Positions 38,721 to 51,285 of a stretch of 64,000 nucleotides of DNA are shown piece after piece. Each line of letters begins with the position of its first letter. Within the stretch, counting starts at the first letter, position 1. The DNA comes from Paragordius varius (lineage: Eukaryota > Animalia > Nematomorpha), in NCBI GenBank assembly GCA_964247055.1, contig OZ176055.1, forward strand, positions 9,114,001 to 9,178,000, written 5' to 3'. Under the pieces are notes generated by a model that was not told the origin of the DNA, searched no databases, and saw only the letters and a program-made list of their open reading frames with translations. A program made the position numbers and the translations under genes.

Positions 38721-39383
38721 ATAAATTATTTCCTCATAATTGATAAGGTGTGAAAAAAAAACTAAGCGTTTTTGGACAAAATTGACGCTTTAAATAATTT
38801 TTTACATTTTCCAAACCTAACGCTTTTTATTGTATAACAAAAATATATGTTTTGGCGCATGAAAAAGTTTACTTAATATCTTAGATTTTATTTTAAAGCA
38901 AGCGTTTATTTATTCATGTTAAATATAATAAAAAATTCTTAAAAAAACAATCGACAGCTTAAAAGAGTTTAATTTATTTTTTGCATGCAATGTGACCACA
39001 TAATATTTCATAAAATTCTAATAGCTGAGTTTGACTATGTAAAATACGAGAATATAAAAACTACATTTTTGCCTACTAAATTTGGTATTCTAAATATATT
39101 CAATTTGCATCCTATAAAGACAAAATGTAACACTAAAACACAAATACCTTTATGAAAAGAGAATCTTTTTTAAGCTTCATTGTATTAGGCGGCAACGTAA
39201 TATGGAGTTTAAGAGATTTAAATTAGTAATAAATTTAATTATACATTTGGCAGTTGTAAGCATATTTAAGTCATTGGTGCTAACACAGATACGGGCTGCT
39301 TTAATAATATTTATTTTTTTATTTTAAAATTTTTAATGTTATATCCTTCTGAATTTTGGAAATTTTGATTGCAATTCAATTTT

Positions 39384-41678
39384 TTATTTTTTATGCATTG
39401 AACAAAGCGTGTTGGAAAATAGTATGGCTCTATTATTAAAAAAGTTTGTCTTAATGTTTAAGTTTTGTCTTTATAATTTATATATATATACCTTATAGGC
39501 ATATCAAGGGAGTAAAAAGCATTTTTAAGAGCGTAATCCGCATAAAATTCATACAGTTTCCGTAGTATGGCTTCTGTTTGCATCTGTTTATTGTCCACAA
39601 TAATTATAAATTTAACACCTAGATAGCATAATAACATAAAATTTATATGAATATGATATTTGAAAATTAATAGTCATAACTAAATTTGTCAAAGGGTTAC
39701 CTCCTTGTTTGGGAAAAAAACCCCTTAAAGGTTGATTTAAGTATATCCACACTATATATTTAATTGATATATAGTTTTCAACTAAATAAAGAGTTTATTA
39801 ATCCCTGTTAATTTTTGCAACTAATGCAAATACAGTGAGCACCACCCTCCCCTCTTATTGATTCCATCTCATAAAAAGCTTCTCAGAACAAACACTGTAA
39901 AACACATGTTGATATTCATGTAAAATTTTTATTACACACACAGTCCTAATGTTAAAGTTTGTTAAAAGTTAATACTTTTCCACAAAACTTAAAAACTCTG
40001 ATTGTGAGAAATAGGATTTTTCGTATTTTTTCCAGCATTTATGATAAGATTGTGCAATAATATCAAATATTATATTTAACCCAAGAAGAAAATGATTATC
40101 ATAACATAAAAATCTTAATTTAATTTTATTTTACAAAGCTTTATACGGACTGTACATATCTAAACCATACCAACGCGTATTATGTTTAAGGAATACTCGC
40201 TCTCGGAACCCTGTATAAAAATCGGGTAAATGCATTTATATGAACACAAGTTATTAGGCAAAAAAAGTTTATTGTGAGGGGAAACATTGCAGAGAAGGTC
40301 GAATATAATAAATATATTTAAATTCTAACACTAAATTGGTAAATCCGAAATTTCACATCATAGCTTTATGTAAAACTAATTCACCCGCAGTTTTTTTTTT
40401 CAAACTAACAAAATCTTAAAACGCCTGTTATTCGGATTAACTCACGCATTTCAATTTTCATTAAAAAATTCGTAATAATATCGGAAAATTTAATGGTGAC
40501 CGAATCACGAAATTTTTAATGTTCAATGTTAGCTCTAAGCGAGAAAATGTTAAATTTAGGGGATATTTTAAAATTTATATTTGCATACAATTAAAAGGTA
40601 AAAAGAGATATAAATCTATTTATATTTATAACGTTTTTTAAATTAAAAACTAAAAATAACTTCCAAACAAAGGAGATAACATTAAAAAAATAAAAATCTG
40701 CAAATTAAAAACAAACCTATTTTTGAATTAACAGTAACATTTAATTTTTAATTAACCAAATTGGTATGCTAAAATATTCCCTATGATATTCAAAACTGCA
40801 AAAGATTCATTTAAAAAAACAATAATCTAAAATTTATTCATAAAAACTCTGAACCCTGAATAGTGAATATTTGTAATCGTTTATTGTGGGGCGTATAATA
40901 TAGTTGGAAGTCTATTAGCAAAAAACAGTAAATATAATCCGTAGCCATATAAAATAGCCCGATATATATAAATCAGATTTATTCGTTTCTTTTTTCACAT
41001 TTTATTAAATTATACAGGTTAGGTTTAGTAGAGATGACATATGATGTATTAAAAATTTTTAAAATAATTACTTTTAGAGTATAAATTGGTTTGCGAAAGC
41101 AGGCATAACAAATGGCAAATTTAATAAATATTTAAAACAAAAAGGCATCTTAATTCAAAAATATAAAAACCTGTTAATGTTTGCAGACAACATAATTTGT
41201 ATAACTCGCATTCAAATGTTTCAATTCCCATACAATTCGGTTCAGGTGATATTTGAGACACTATGGCAAATATTCTGTAAAACACTTTATATACATTGAA
41301 CATTTACGAATGAAACATGCTAGCTAACATAATTTTTTCATTGGCATGGAGTTGAGGGTAGGCAAATGTAATTTTCATGGGGTAGTTTTTAGCTTCGTTA
41401 AGGTACTCGTTGATGGATGATATTTTTGTTATCTCACCAATTGGGGTATCATCAATAGCTTTTATACAATAACCACCTAAATGTTTAATGATTATATAGT
41501 AACTTCTAACTAAATCTGCGTTTCCAAAAACAATTATTGTTTGATTTTGTACGGTTTGACAGACAAAGTCTGCAATATTATTCAACACAATATCAAAAGT
41601 TGTATGGATTAAAGCATTCTCTACGTTGTAAATTAAACTCCCAGCTCGATTTATAATAAAAATTTTATAAACTACCAT
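39384..41678 (-). CDS. TRAPPC4: Trafficking protein particle complex subunit 4 (Trs23/synbindin); 5 exons
   Basis: Minus-strand exons 41678-41504, 41476-41308, 41274-41171, 39618-39492, 39429-39384. Translation includes [65 protein letters not shown] and [25 protein letters not shown], colinear with TRAPPC4. The last exon is weaker. Confidence 0.93.
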
Positions 41679-43149
41679 GCTCTGTTTCATTCATTCGTTT
41701 AATCATTGGCTGGCGACAATGTAAAAGTAAAGCTTACCACATTTTGTCAAATGTCCTTAAGATAAAAATCAATAATGTTAATGTTTTAAGATTGACATGT
41801 TTTGGCTTCTTGGTATTAATATATTCAATTCTATATAATTCTGCATAAGAATGTCTCCATCTGCTCGCCAAAAATGTAAAAAAAAATGCAATTTATCATT
41901 TTTAGAAAGCAAAACGCTCCGCCCCATCGATTATTTATTTTACAAATGATAAAATCTACATTTTATACAAAAAACATTTGTTTAGTATTTCATGGGTTCA
42001 TCTATAATATATTTTTAGTATAGATAAATTTTATTGCCCTTACTACTCGTTTTAAACAAAGAGACTTTTAATAATTATAGTATAAAAATATTCGAGAATT
42101 ATGTATTCATCATACATATATAAATTTAATAAGTACTTTTGTTGAAAAAAACTTGCAAATGACTTTTATCATGACCACTTTTTATAGCGCCTCAAGACAC
42201 AAAAATATTAAACATAATATATGGCATGAGTATGCTGTCACCAAATTTATATTTTTTTTGTAAAACATTGCTTAATGATGGATAAACTTTTTTTATTAAG
42301 TTGAGAGGACATTTATGCACTCTATAATGATATAAATTAAGTTAGGTTTTTATGTCCCCTATTTAGAGTAATATATATAAAGCCTTGTCAGGAATGTATA
42401 ATAAACACTCAATAAAGGGAACGAGGAATATCCATGGTCAGATGCATGCCCAAAAAATCATTCGCAACTGGTTTTTTTTCAATATGATATAAAATTATTT
42501 GTTTACCCGTGTACTTTTAAACCATATGTTCTAATGTTTTAATTTCTAATTCAAGCTATTAATTAATTGTCTTGAACCTTCTAATATATAATTTGTGACA
42601 CCCGTGAAAAAGTTACCGTAATAATTAGTTTCTTCCCTGCCCTAGTTAATGCCATATTCTAGAATTCAAAGTTTTAAAACGTGGATTATCTACCTTTGTA
42701 TAAAAATGGATCTCGAATCTGCTATAATAAAATAAAAATTATTTGTTAAATGTGAATGCAGATGATGATAGTTATGTATATTTTGTATGATTGCAACATA
42801 CCTTTCCAGTTAGTGTGTTAATTGAACGAATTCAGACTGGTTATATTATTTCAGCGTTGTTGAACTACCAAACCTAAATCTTAGCCTTCAATTCTAATTG
42901 ATGATGACAAAAGTTATCTGCCAAAAGATCTATGATTATATATTACTTAATGTGATAGAACGAGATAAATTTATACATTGATATGGATCGGGTTGCATTT
43001 TAGTTAAGGAAAGGCATTAGGAATCTCATTGTGCGTTTGGTGGTATGAAACATTTTGAAATTTTGTGGTAATGACTTATTGAACGTACATTATGGCGAAT
43101 AAATTTTTTGGTGAAAAGAATACATACCAAAATATTTTGATAATATATA

Positions 43150-43441
43150 CCATTTACAATTCAAATTCACCCTTGAACAATTCAAATTCACACTAAAAAT
43201 AAATTATGTGTTTTCGGGCTAATCTAATTCATCATTAATAAGAAATATATTCTTTAGGCATAGTTTATTAGTATTTCAGTATTATATTAATTTGAAACGA
43301 AATTTCATATTTTAAAATATAAAATATAGGTAATTTTTAATCTTCAAAAACACATAATTTATTTTAGGGTGTGAATTGTTCGAGGGTAAGTTTGAATTGA
43401 TCAAGGGTGAATTTGAAAGGGTGAATTTGAACTGTATATGG
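43150..43441. mobile_element. MITE with subterminal TTCAAATTCACCC repeats (family D)
   Basis: TA-CCATTTACAATTCAAATTCACCC ... GGGTGAATTTGAACTGTATATGG-TA. Related copies at 35068-35310, 26280-26529 and about 22430-22520. Confidence 0.78.
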
Positions 43442-44864
43442 TATATTTTAAATATATATAAAAAACCATATAACTTTTTTATTCCTTCAAAATAAGGTAT
43501 TTTTATCCAAAAGTAAACGCATTCGCGATAACAATTTATATAGGTTGGACTATGATATCAAAATAAGTTGTTTTTAAAAACATATTTTTCTGAAAAATTT
43601 AAATTTTGGAAAAATTTTGTTGAAGTGTATGTTATGGTTTTTGCCTGGTAGAAACTGTATAAACTTAAAGATAATTTAAAACTTTATTTAAGTTGATGAT
43701 GAATTTTTTTATTTCAGAACTTTGATTATATACTTTTTTTTGAAATTTGAGTTGGCTTCACTAAAATATTTGAAAACATAAATCAATAAAAGTTCAGAGA
43801 AGATAGGAATCTTTGGGGGCTCGAATTATGTAGAAAAAATATATAATATCATTAAGTGTTTTGCAACCACCGCCAAATATAGCATAAAATAATTAAAAAA
43901 ATTTTTCTAAAATTCATAAAGTGTTCATTTTTAAAAATATAATTTGGCTTGTATTTAAAACTGTGTTCGCGCATTTATGACGTTTATCTTAAATGAGCTC
44001 ATTAGTTCTAACATTAACAAATATAATATACCCATTTTGCTTTTTAATATGTTTTATAAGAGATACGAGCAAAATATTTTGGTTTTGCGTCTTTATTTTT
44101 TACCAAAAAAGTTATTTGATATTACTAATTTTACGACTTCTAAAAATGGAGAAACTACCAAAAAGTGGAAATTTAAAATGTGCACGCCTAAAAACAAAAA
44201 CATATTTAAATTATGATATTTTTAAGGATACATATATTTTAGCAGGATATTTTTGTGCATTGTATTTTCATAGAATATATTTTTTATGTAATCGATAATG
44301 GATATCAATACTTTAAATTCATGAAACTCTCCTTATAATATAAGGAATATTTTAGTGATATAACTCTAATAGTTATATAAATAAATAACGATAATCCTAA
44401 GAAATAAACTGAATGCCAATGACTTTTTCTAATCTAGACAATTATTGCATATTCGACAAATATGTCCTAAAAGTATTTATAAACACAAATCTATGGTAAA
44501 AAAAATATTTACTTTAAAACTATTGAAATTTATATCCTTAAATCTGGATGTTTTAAGATATAGCACAAATTCTATCTAATTTTTTTAAAATAATTTCCTA
44601 CTTAATCTCTTCAAGGTTTTTACTCTTGCTATTAGATGTTTTTTTCTATAAAACTTTTAAAGAATTCATTTCTTATGTACATATTATACATTACAATGTT
44701 GCTCTGTCAATCATTAACGGATTTACATATATATGATATAAGTAATATGAATGACAGCGCATATATTTTAAACGTTCTCATATAGCAATTTTATCCTTTT
44801 TTTCAAGAAAGCTAACATATCAAAATATTAAAAAAGTTATGTAAATCACAATATTCTAGTGTTG

Positions 44865-47800
44865 ATGGAAGCATTTTATCAACAACATGAAACTTTGGTA
44901 CATATAACTACTCAATATTCCAAAATCGCCAATCTTAATTCCCATTCCGAGAAGGAGACTTTGGAACCGTTTTTACATGAAGACCCTATTGATGATTTCC
45001 TCGATGAACGTGATAAAACAAATGTGAAACGTAATTCTTCTCCTAAAATTTCTATTTTTACTACATCTCAGCATAATAAATCATCCCCTGAAAAGATGAT
45101 AGAGCAATCAACTCATAATCACATAATTTATCCATGGATGAAACGTGTACATTCGAATCCAAGTTTGTTTTATCTTAAAAAGTTTGTTTAATAATCATAT
45201 GTTATAAGAAAATTTTAAATATCGCCCATTAAGCTAGCTAAAATTCCTAGTTTACTGTAATTTGTTTAACAGCTGCTCATATCCAGTTTATGAAATAACC
45301 TATATTTAAAATTTTTGGATAAACTTTATCTATATAAAGATCGATTTAATCTATATTTGTGAGAATCGAATTAAGAATTGACTTTAATAAACTAACTTCT
45401 AGAAAGGAATATGAGTTTTCAAACATTTTTTTTGCAATTAAATTGATTTTCGTAAACAAATTGTTACGTTTTGCATGCTCATGAGCTGTTGTTTTTTACT
45501 TGTATGTTTATTCTCTATTTTTCATCCATATTTTGTATTGAGATTCACTAGCGTATGATTCAAAAAATATATTTTCCCTGAATTATAAAACAATTTTCAT
45601 GTTATATAATAGGAAAATATAAATTGCAACGATTTGATGTTTTTTCCTATACGGTACTGTAAAAATATAATAAGTGCATTACTATGATTTGGTTTTACGA
45701 TGTGATGTTATCTTAATTTACACCATTGCCACATCATTATTGTATAAAAATGTTGCGAAACTTGTTTTTTATGTCCAAAAAGTCACTTACACTAGCATAT
45801 GGCAAAAAAACCACAAATGGTTAAAATAAACCAATGTTTTCCCTTACTTTAACATTAATTTTGGACAAAATATTTATGATACCATATACACGACTGTACT
45901 TAGTCTATTAAGAATAAAAAAAACAATCTCCTCCCTTCAAATTATTTCTTTTTCTTTTTTTCCATTAAGTTTAGTTTTTTTGCAATCGTACTACGTGCAT
46001 ATGTCAAATGTGGTTCATATAAATTTTCGTTTTTTTACATGCAATAAATTTTTCCATTAGCTTATGGTTTGCAAAAGCTACAAAAAGCTCCACCCATTTT
46101 TGCATAAATTACACATCTCATTTACAGTAACGTATGGTAAAAATACACAATAGAGTTAAAATTAACCAATTTTCCCCTTACATCTTAACATAAATTTTGG
46201 ACAAAATTCTTTTAATACCATGCACTACCGTGAAATAAAATATGGGAAATGTTATTTAGTATGTATTTTTGCCCCCACATCTATACCCTTTAAAACTTGT
46301 TATGAAAAAAAGAAAGAAGGAAGGGGGCATTTGTGTTTTGAAGGAAAAAAATTCACATTTTTTGAATTTGATGATGATTGATGATATGTATTTTTGCATT
46401 TTCCTACTCCTCCCTCTCCTTGTCTCTGTTTGGAGAAAACACAATACATAAAAATTTTCTGTGTGCGTGTATACCCTCCAACTAATTTTGGAATGTACAA
46501 TTGATTTTGTTAGGTAAAAATGTAAATGTTACTTTAAGGTAGATTTTTTTTCACACTTTATAAATATGCAGCTTAGGCATCAAAAATTATTGGATATGAG
46601 GGTCAATTTTATTGGCCAATATGGAATTGGATAAAAGGGGATGGTTCAAATTACGTGTCTATTAGCATGTATTAGAATTTTGTTTTTATTACATGAGTAA
46701 AAATATATATTGCTAGTTTTTTTATAGAATATTTCCAGATAACATATGTAGCAAGGAGAATTATTATTGGCTAATAGGGGTAAAAAGCGGAAAAATTAAT
46801 TATATGCCAATTATTATGCCAAATGAAAAACCAGCATGGTATAGATTAAGAGGGTCTTTTGATTCGTTCCGAATTTTTTCAAAATACAGTAATAAGAGTT
46901 AAGGTGATCTAATTTACATGTCTTTTAGGAGTTGTAAGATTTCTTTAGTTTTTATTAGGCATATACCTGATAGAAGTTATGGAAAAAAATACAGTGACGC
47001 CTGTTCACAACTTATCAGGTTAGCTAAGATATTGATGTAACTAATGGTAAACTAATAAACATTTAGCCTCTTTAAAATACCGAAACAGCCAATAATAGCT
47101 TTCTTAACTGCATATTTCAGTGTCGAAATTTAAAATTATTATAAACAATTTACTTTGTTTTAAATATAAATTCAAAACAAAATTTAGTTAGGGTTGGGTT
47201 TAATCGATTATGTTATCGTTCTTGTGAAAATTGTCAATTTTTTAATTATATCTAATTATTTTTTCCCAATATAAACATTTTAATGGTTGTTATATTGAGA
47301 TTATAATTCAGCTATAATTGAATGAATTTAAAATAAATTTTCGATCACTACAAGTAATTTTTGTCAAACGTAAAAATTAAATTAAAATATAAATTATAAA
47401 TTAAAATTATTATTATATTAGAAAAGACACTAAAAAAACATGTGTGTATTGTTAAGGAAAAAAATTCTAAAATGCTATTTACATTGTTGATATCGTTCTT
47501 TCTGTTCATTATATTTTTTTCTTTGTTTATATATTTATTTGGTCCTATTTTCATCTTTATCAACAACTTCGGCATCCCAATTTATTTTATGTTAGCATTT
47601 ATAGGCATGATATGCCAAAGCCGAATCATTTGTTTTATTCTTGTTAACTGTCGTCTTATGTTCTTTTATTAGAACACCTAATCCTTTGGCCTATGTCTAC
47701 ATTGTCGCCGTGACATCATACTTTTATATATCACACCTTAAGAATTAGAATTTTTTATGGGAATTTAATAATTTATAGATATTTTTAATGGTTTATTCAT

Positions 47801-50800
47801 TAGTTAATTAAGACTAATAAATGTAATGGTAATAGCTTACTGCTTTAAACCAGGAAATGCCTGCTCCACCGTATCAATAGGTTCAATTTATAATTAATAT
47901 CTTCACTTCAAAACTATTTGTCAATTGGACCCCCGTATCCTAATGACCCCGAAAAAGATATAAAATTCAATATTTTAATTTATTGTAGAATGTTTTATTA
48001 ATATTCTACAGACATTTATTAAAATATAGTTAAATTTTTGCCTTGGCGCTATGCTAAAGCTTCGAAATATGCCTTTCACATAAAATATAGATTTAAAACT
48101 TATATTGAAGAAAAGTTATTTCAAACTTTAAGCGCCAAATATTCATCTTTGCTCATTTTTAATGTTATTTTATTTTAAACTATAGTTTAATTTTCTAACC
48201 AAATGTATTTTTTTACATTCGTGACAAAGGAAATAGATATGCAAGATTCTGCTTTATACATATTTTTTCAGAAATAATTTTTCAAATCATGGGGTAATCA
48301 GCTACCCCGATTCGTATCTAAGCATAATTCCTCCATTTTATTAATGTTTAAATTTTTTACAGGCGAATAAATCACCATTTTAAATTCTAAATTGGTAAAA
48401 GGTTTATTATTAATCTAAAATTCATTTTATAAATTGCAGTGTCTCACATGGCTTGTATGTATTGAATCTTAGTATGACGGTTATTCAAGGTTTGTTGTAA
48501 TCCAAAATGTGAAAGTTATATTTAAGATAAATAAATGCAAAACGCAAAATGCACTAAATAGATGAATTAGTATACCTATTTTTCATGCAGAAAGCTTAAA
48601 TCTTCTTAAAATACATTACAATTTACGAGAGCTATTACAGTCATGTATTCTTTTTTATCAATTTGTTTTTTTTGTTTAAATATAAATATTTGTTAAAGAA
48701 TGGAAAAAAAAGCTCTATGGTGTTAACAATATTATATTCATCTAAAAAGTATAAGAATTACCATAGAGCTCTTGTTTTTTCCATTCTTTACCAAATATTT
48801 ATACACATTTAACGAAAAAAAAATTGATAAAATAAAGGATATAGTTTTGAACATTGTTGCAAAATGAGAAATTAAATTCTGAATATTTTTAGAAAATTAA
48901 TAACGGGTTGGATTGCATATTCTAAGATACCATAACTTACAGTAAATGTTAATTTTTAATATCAAGAATTTTTTTTTTAATCCATGTGGTATTTTTTTAT
49001 CCTTTTAAAAGTTTTTTTACAAGCATATAAAAAATAACACTTACATATATATTTAAATGTACTTACATGTCCCTTTTCGGTACACATATATGAGAGATAT
49101 ATATTAACATTGCAATATGTTCCTCTTCTCGCTACATTTCTTATTTGAGAAATTATAACATTGCATATGTGTTTTCTACACAAAATCCAAATAAAGTATA
49201 GTCTATTAACACGATTTTATTTTATAAAACGTATGTTATACAAGCCTTTAGTATTGTAGAAATCAAAAATTTATGACCATTTTATTTAGATTAATTTTTT
49301 ACCATTAAAACTCTGCTACTATTTTACTTTCTCTTTAATCTAAAATAATTTTACCCATTTTAATGGCCCAAATATTTGTTTGTTTTAACGGTTTCTCACA
49401 CTTTTTTATTGCATAACTTATAAAAAATTTTTTTTTTGATACGAAAATTGATCCCCATTTTTTATTAACCTTAATTCTGCCCCGCTATATGTTTGCCAAG
49501 GGAATAGTTTTATTAATCGTGAAAAAGTTGATTTTGTATTATGATTTAATTTAAGTTATCATTGCGTAGTGAGCGCGTATTTTCTAAATGTCAACATTTT
49601 ACTTTTTTCGTTCAATATCTTTTGCAAAGCGGATAGCGGAATTATCATAAGTGTTTAGACTTTAAATGTCGAAAATTTGGATTTTGTCTTAATATTTTAT
49701 TTACTAATTGTATAGGAATTAAATGAATTTACAAAGTTTCATATTTTTCCATAATTCTTATTTTGTTTTTTGATTCTGGGAATGTCTAGTTTTAATAGCA
49801 AAAAAAAGAGATCATTTATATTCAGTTGACAATACCACATAAAATTTATATGGATTAAAAAAATTGATAAAATATTTATTTTGGTCATAATTTAAGATTA
49901 AAAACTGAATTAAACGCCTTATAATTTTAAGTTAAACATATAAAATTATGAAAATATTTGCCATCTAACAGTTTTTAACTCTTCGGTGCACATTAATCGC
50001 AAAACATCACTAAAATGATCCATAACTTCCCTCAGAAAAATTATTAAATAATTATTTTAACTAGTGCATAAAATTTTTTTTCCTAAAAGAAGATGTATAT
50101 TTCCCAATTATGGCATGAATTGGGAATAATTTAAAGAAATAGCTCAACTAGTTTATTTATAAAGGAAACGCATAATGGACATTTTTAAATAAAATGTAAT
50201 TAAACGCTTTTTAAACATGGTTAATATATATTTTTGAGACATGTTTTTGAAATGGGGGGGGGGGGGGGGGGGTGGGGGGGGGGGGCGGTGGCTAAACTGA
50301 AGAGATTTTAAAAATGTAATTTGAGATTTAATTTCAATGGGAATACGTTTTTCAAAAAATTGTTTTAGATTTAGAGCCATCATGTAATACAAACTTAGTC
50401 ATGGTTTACGAGGTTTACGCTAAAACTGTTTTTCATTTGAAGATTACAGTTATAATACCCCAAATGCAAGCTAATAATTGTATTTTCGTTTATATTTTTC
50501 AAATCTTGTTGTAAGAATATAATCTTTTATAGAAAATATTAAAAATGATTGCATCAATAATATCCTTTAACTAGTTTGCTATGGAACCTAATTAACGGTT
50601 GTTTTTTAAAACTTAGGATCCTATTTAAAAATCAAGTTTAGCTTAAAAACACTCTTGATTTTCGGCGCTTATAATGTGGGTATTTTTCCTATTTATTTAG
50701 TTTTTTCATATAAATGTCGGCTAAAATAAATTTACCCTATTTTTTACACAAATTTTATACGTTAGTATCGAAATATTCCAATAATGAAAAATTCCAGTAA

Positions 50801-51251
50801 ATCAAAAAAATATCGTAAATAGGGTCAAAATATTGATTGGGATTTAGAGTTTTAAATTAAATTTTAATTTTTTTTAGTTTTTTTTGTTCACATGCCTTTT
50901 TCTTTAAAAAAAAGGAATTAACTACAATTAAAAATTTTAAGGTAAATCCAACAAAAAGTTTTTGAGATCGCTCATATTAAAATTATTATATAAACACCAT
51001 TTTTTACGTTTAAATAAGGGGAAATGGAGGATATAAATTATTTATACTTTCTAATGACCTAAAGAACACCAAGTTTAAAAAACGTACCTAGTTAAAATCT
51101 ATTTTAGAAAATTTCCTTCCGTTTTTATTTTCACAAAGTGCTACTTAAAACAAAGCAAAAGAACAACAGAATTTGACGTCGCAATCTCGCAATTATATAA
51201 TTGTCTTTAACCATTTTTTGTGTGTGTTTAATTATTATGTCATCAATTTGT

Positions 51252-51285
<34 letters not shown>

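Noticed and set aside
40842-40875. ACCCTGAATAGTGAATATTTGT resembles mature miR-10 (seed ACCCUG, ending TTTGT); ACCCTGTA near 40208 likewise
   Set aside because: No complementary arm to form a pre-miRNA hairpin, and the middle of the sequence does not match.
12020-48845. Apparent flip-flop inversion of the core between the two CAGTCATG repeats
   Set aside because: The element is almost fully palindromic, so the second copy is simply inserted in the opposite orientation.
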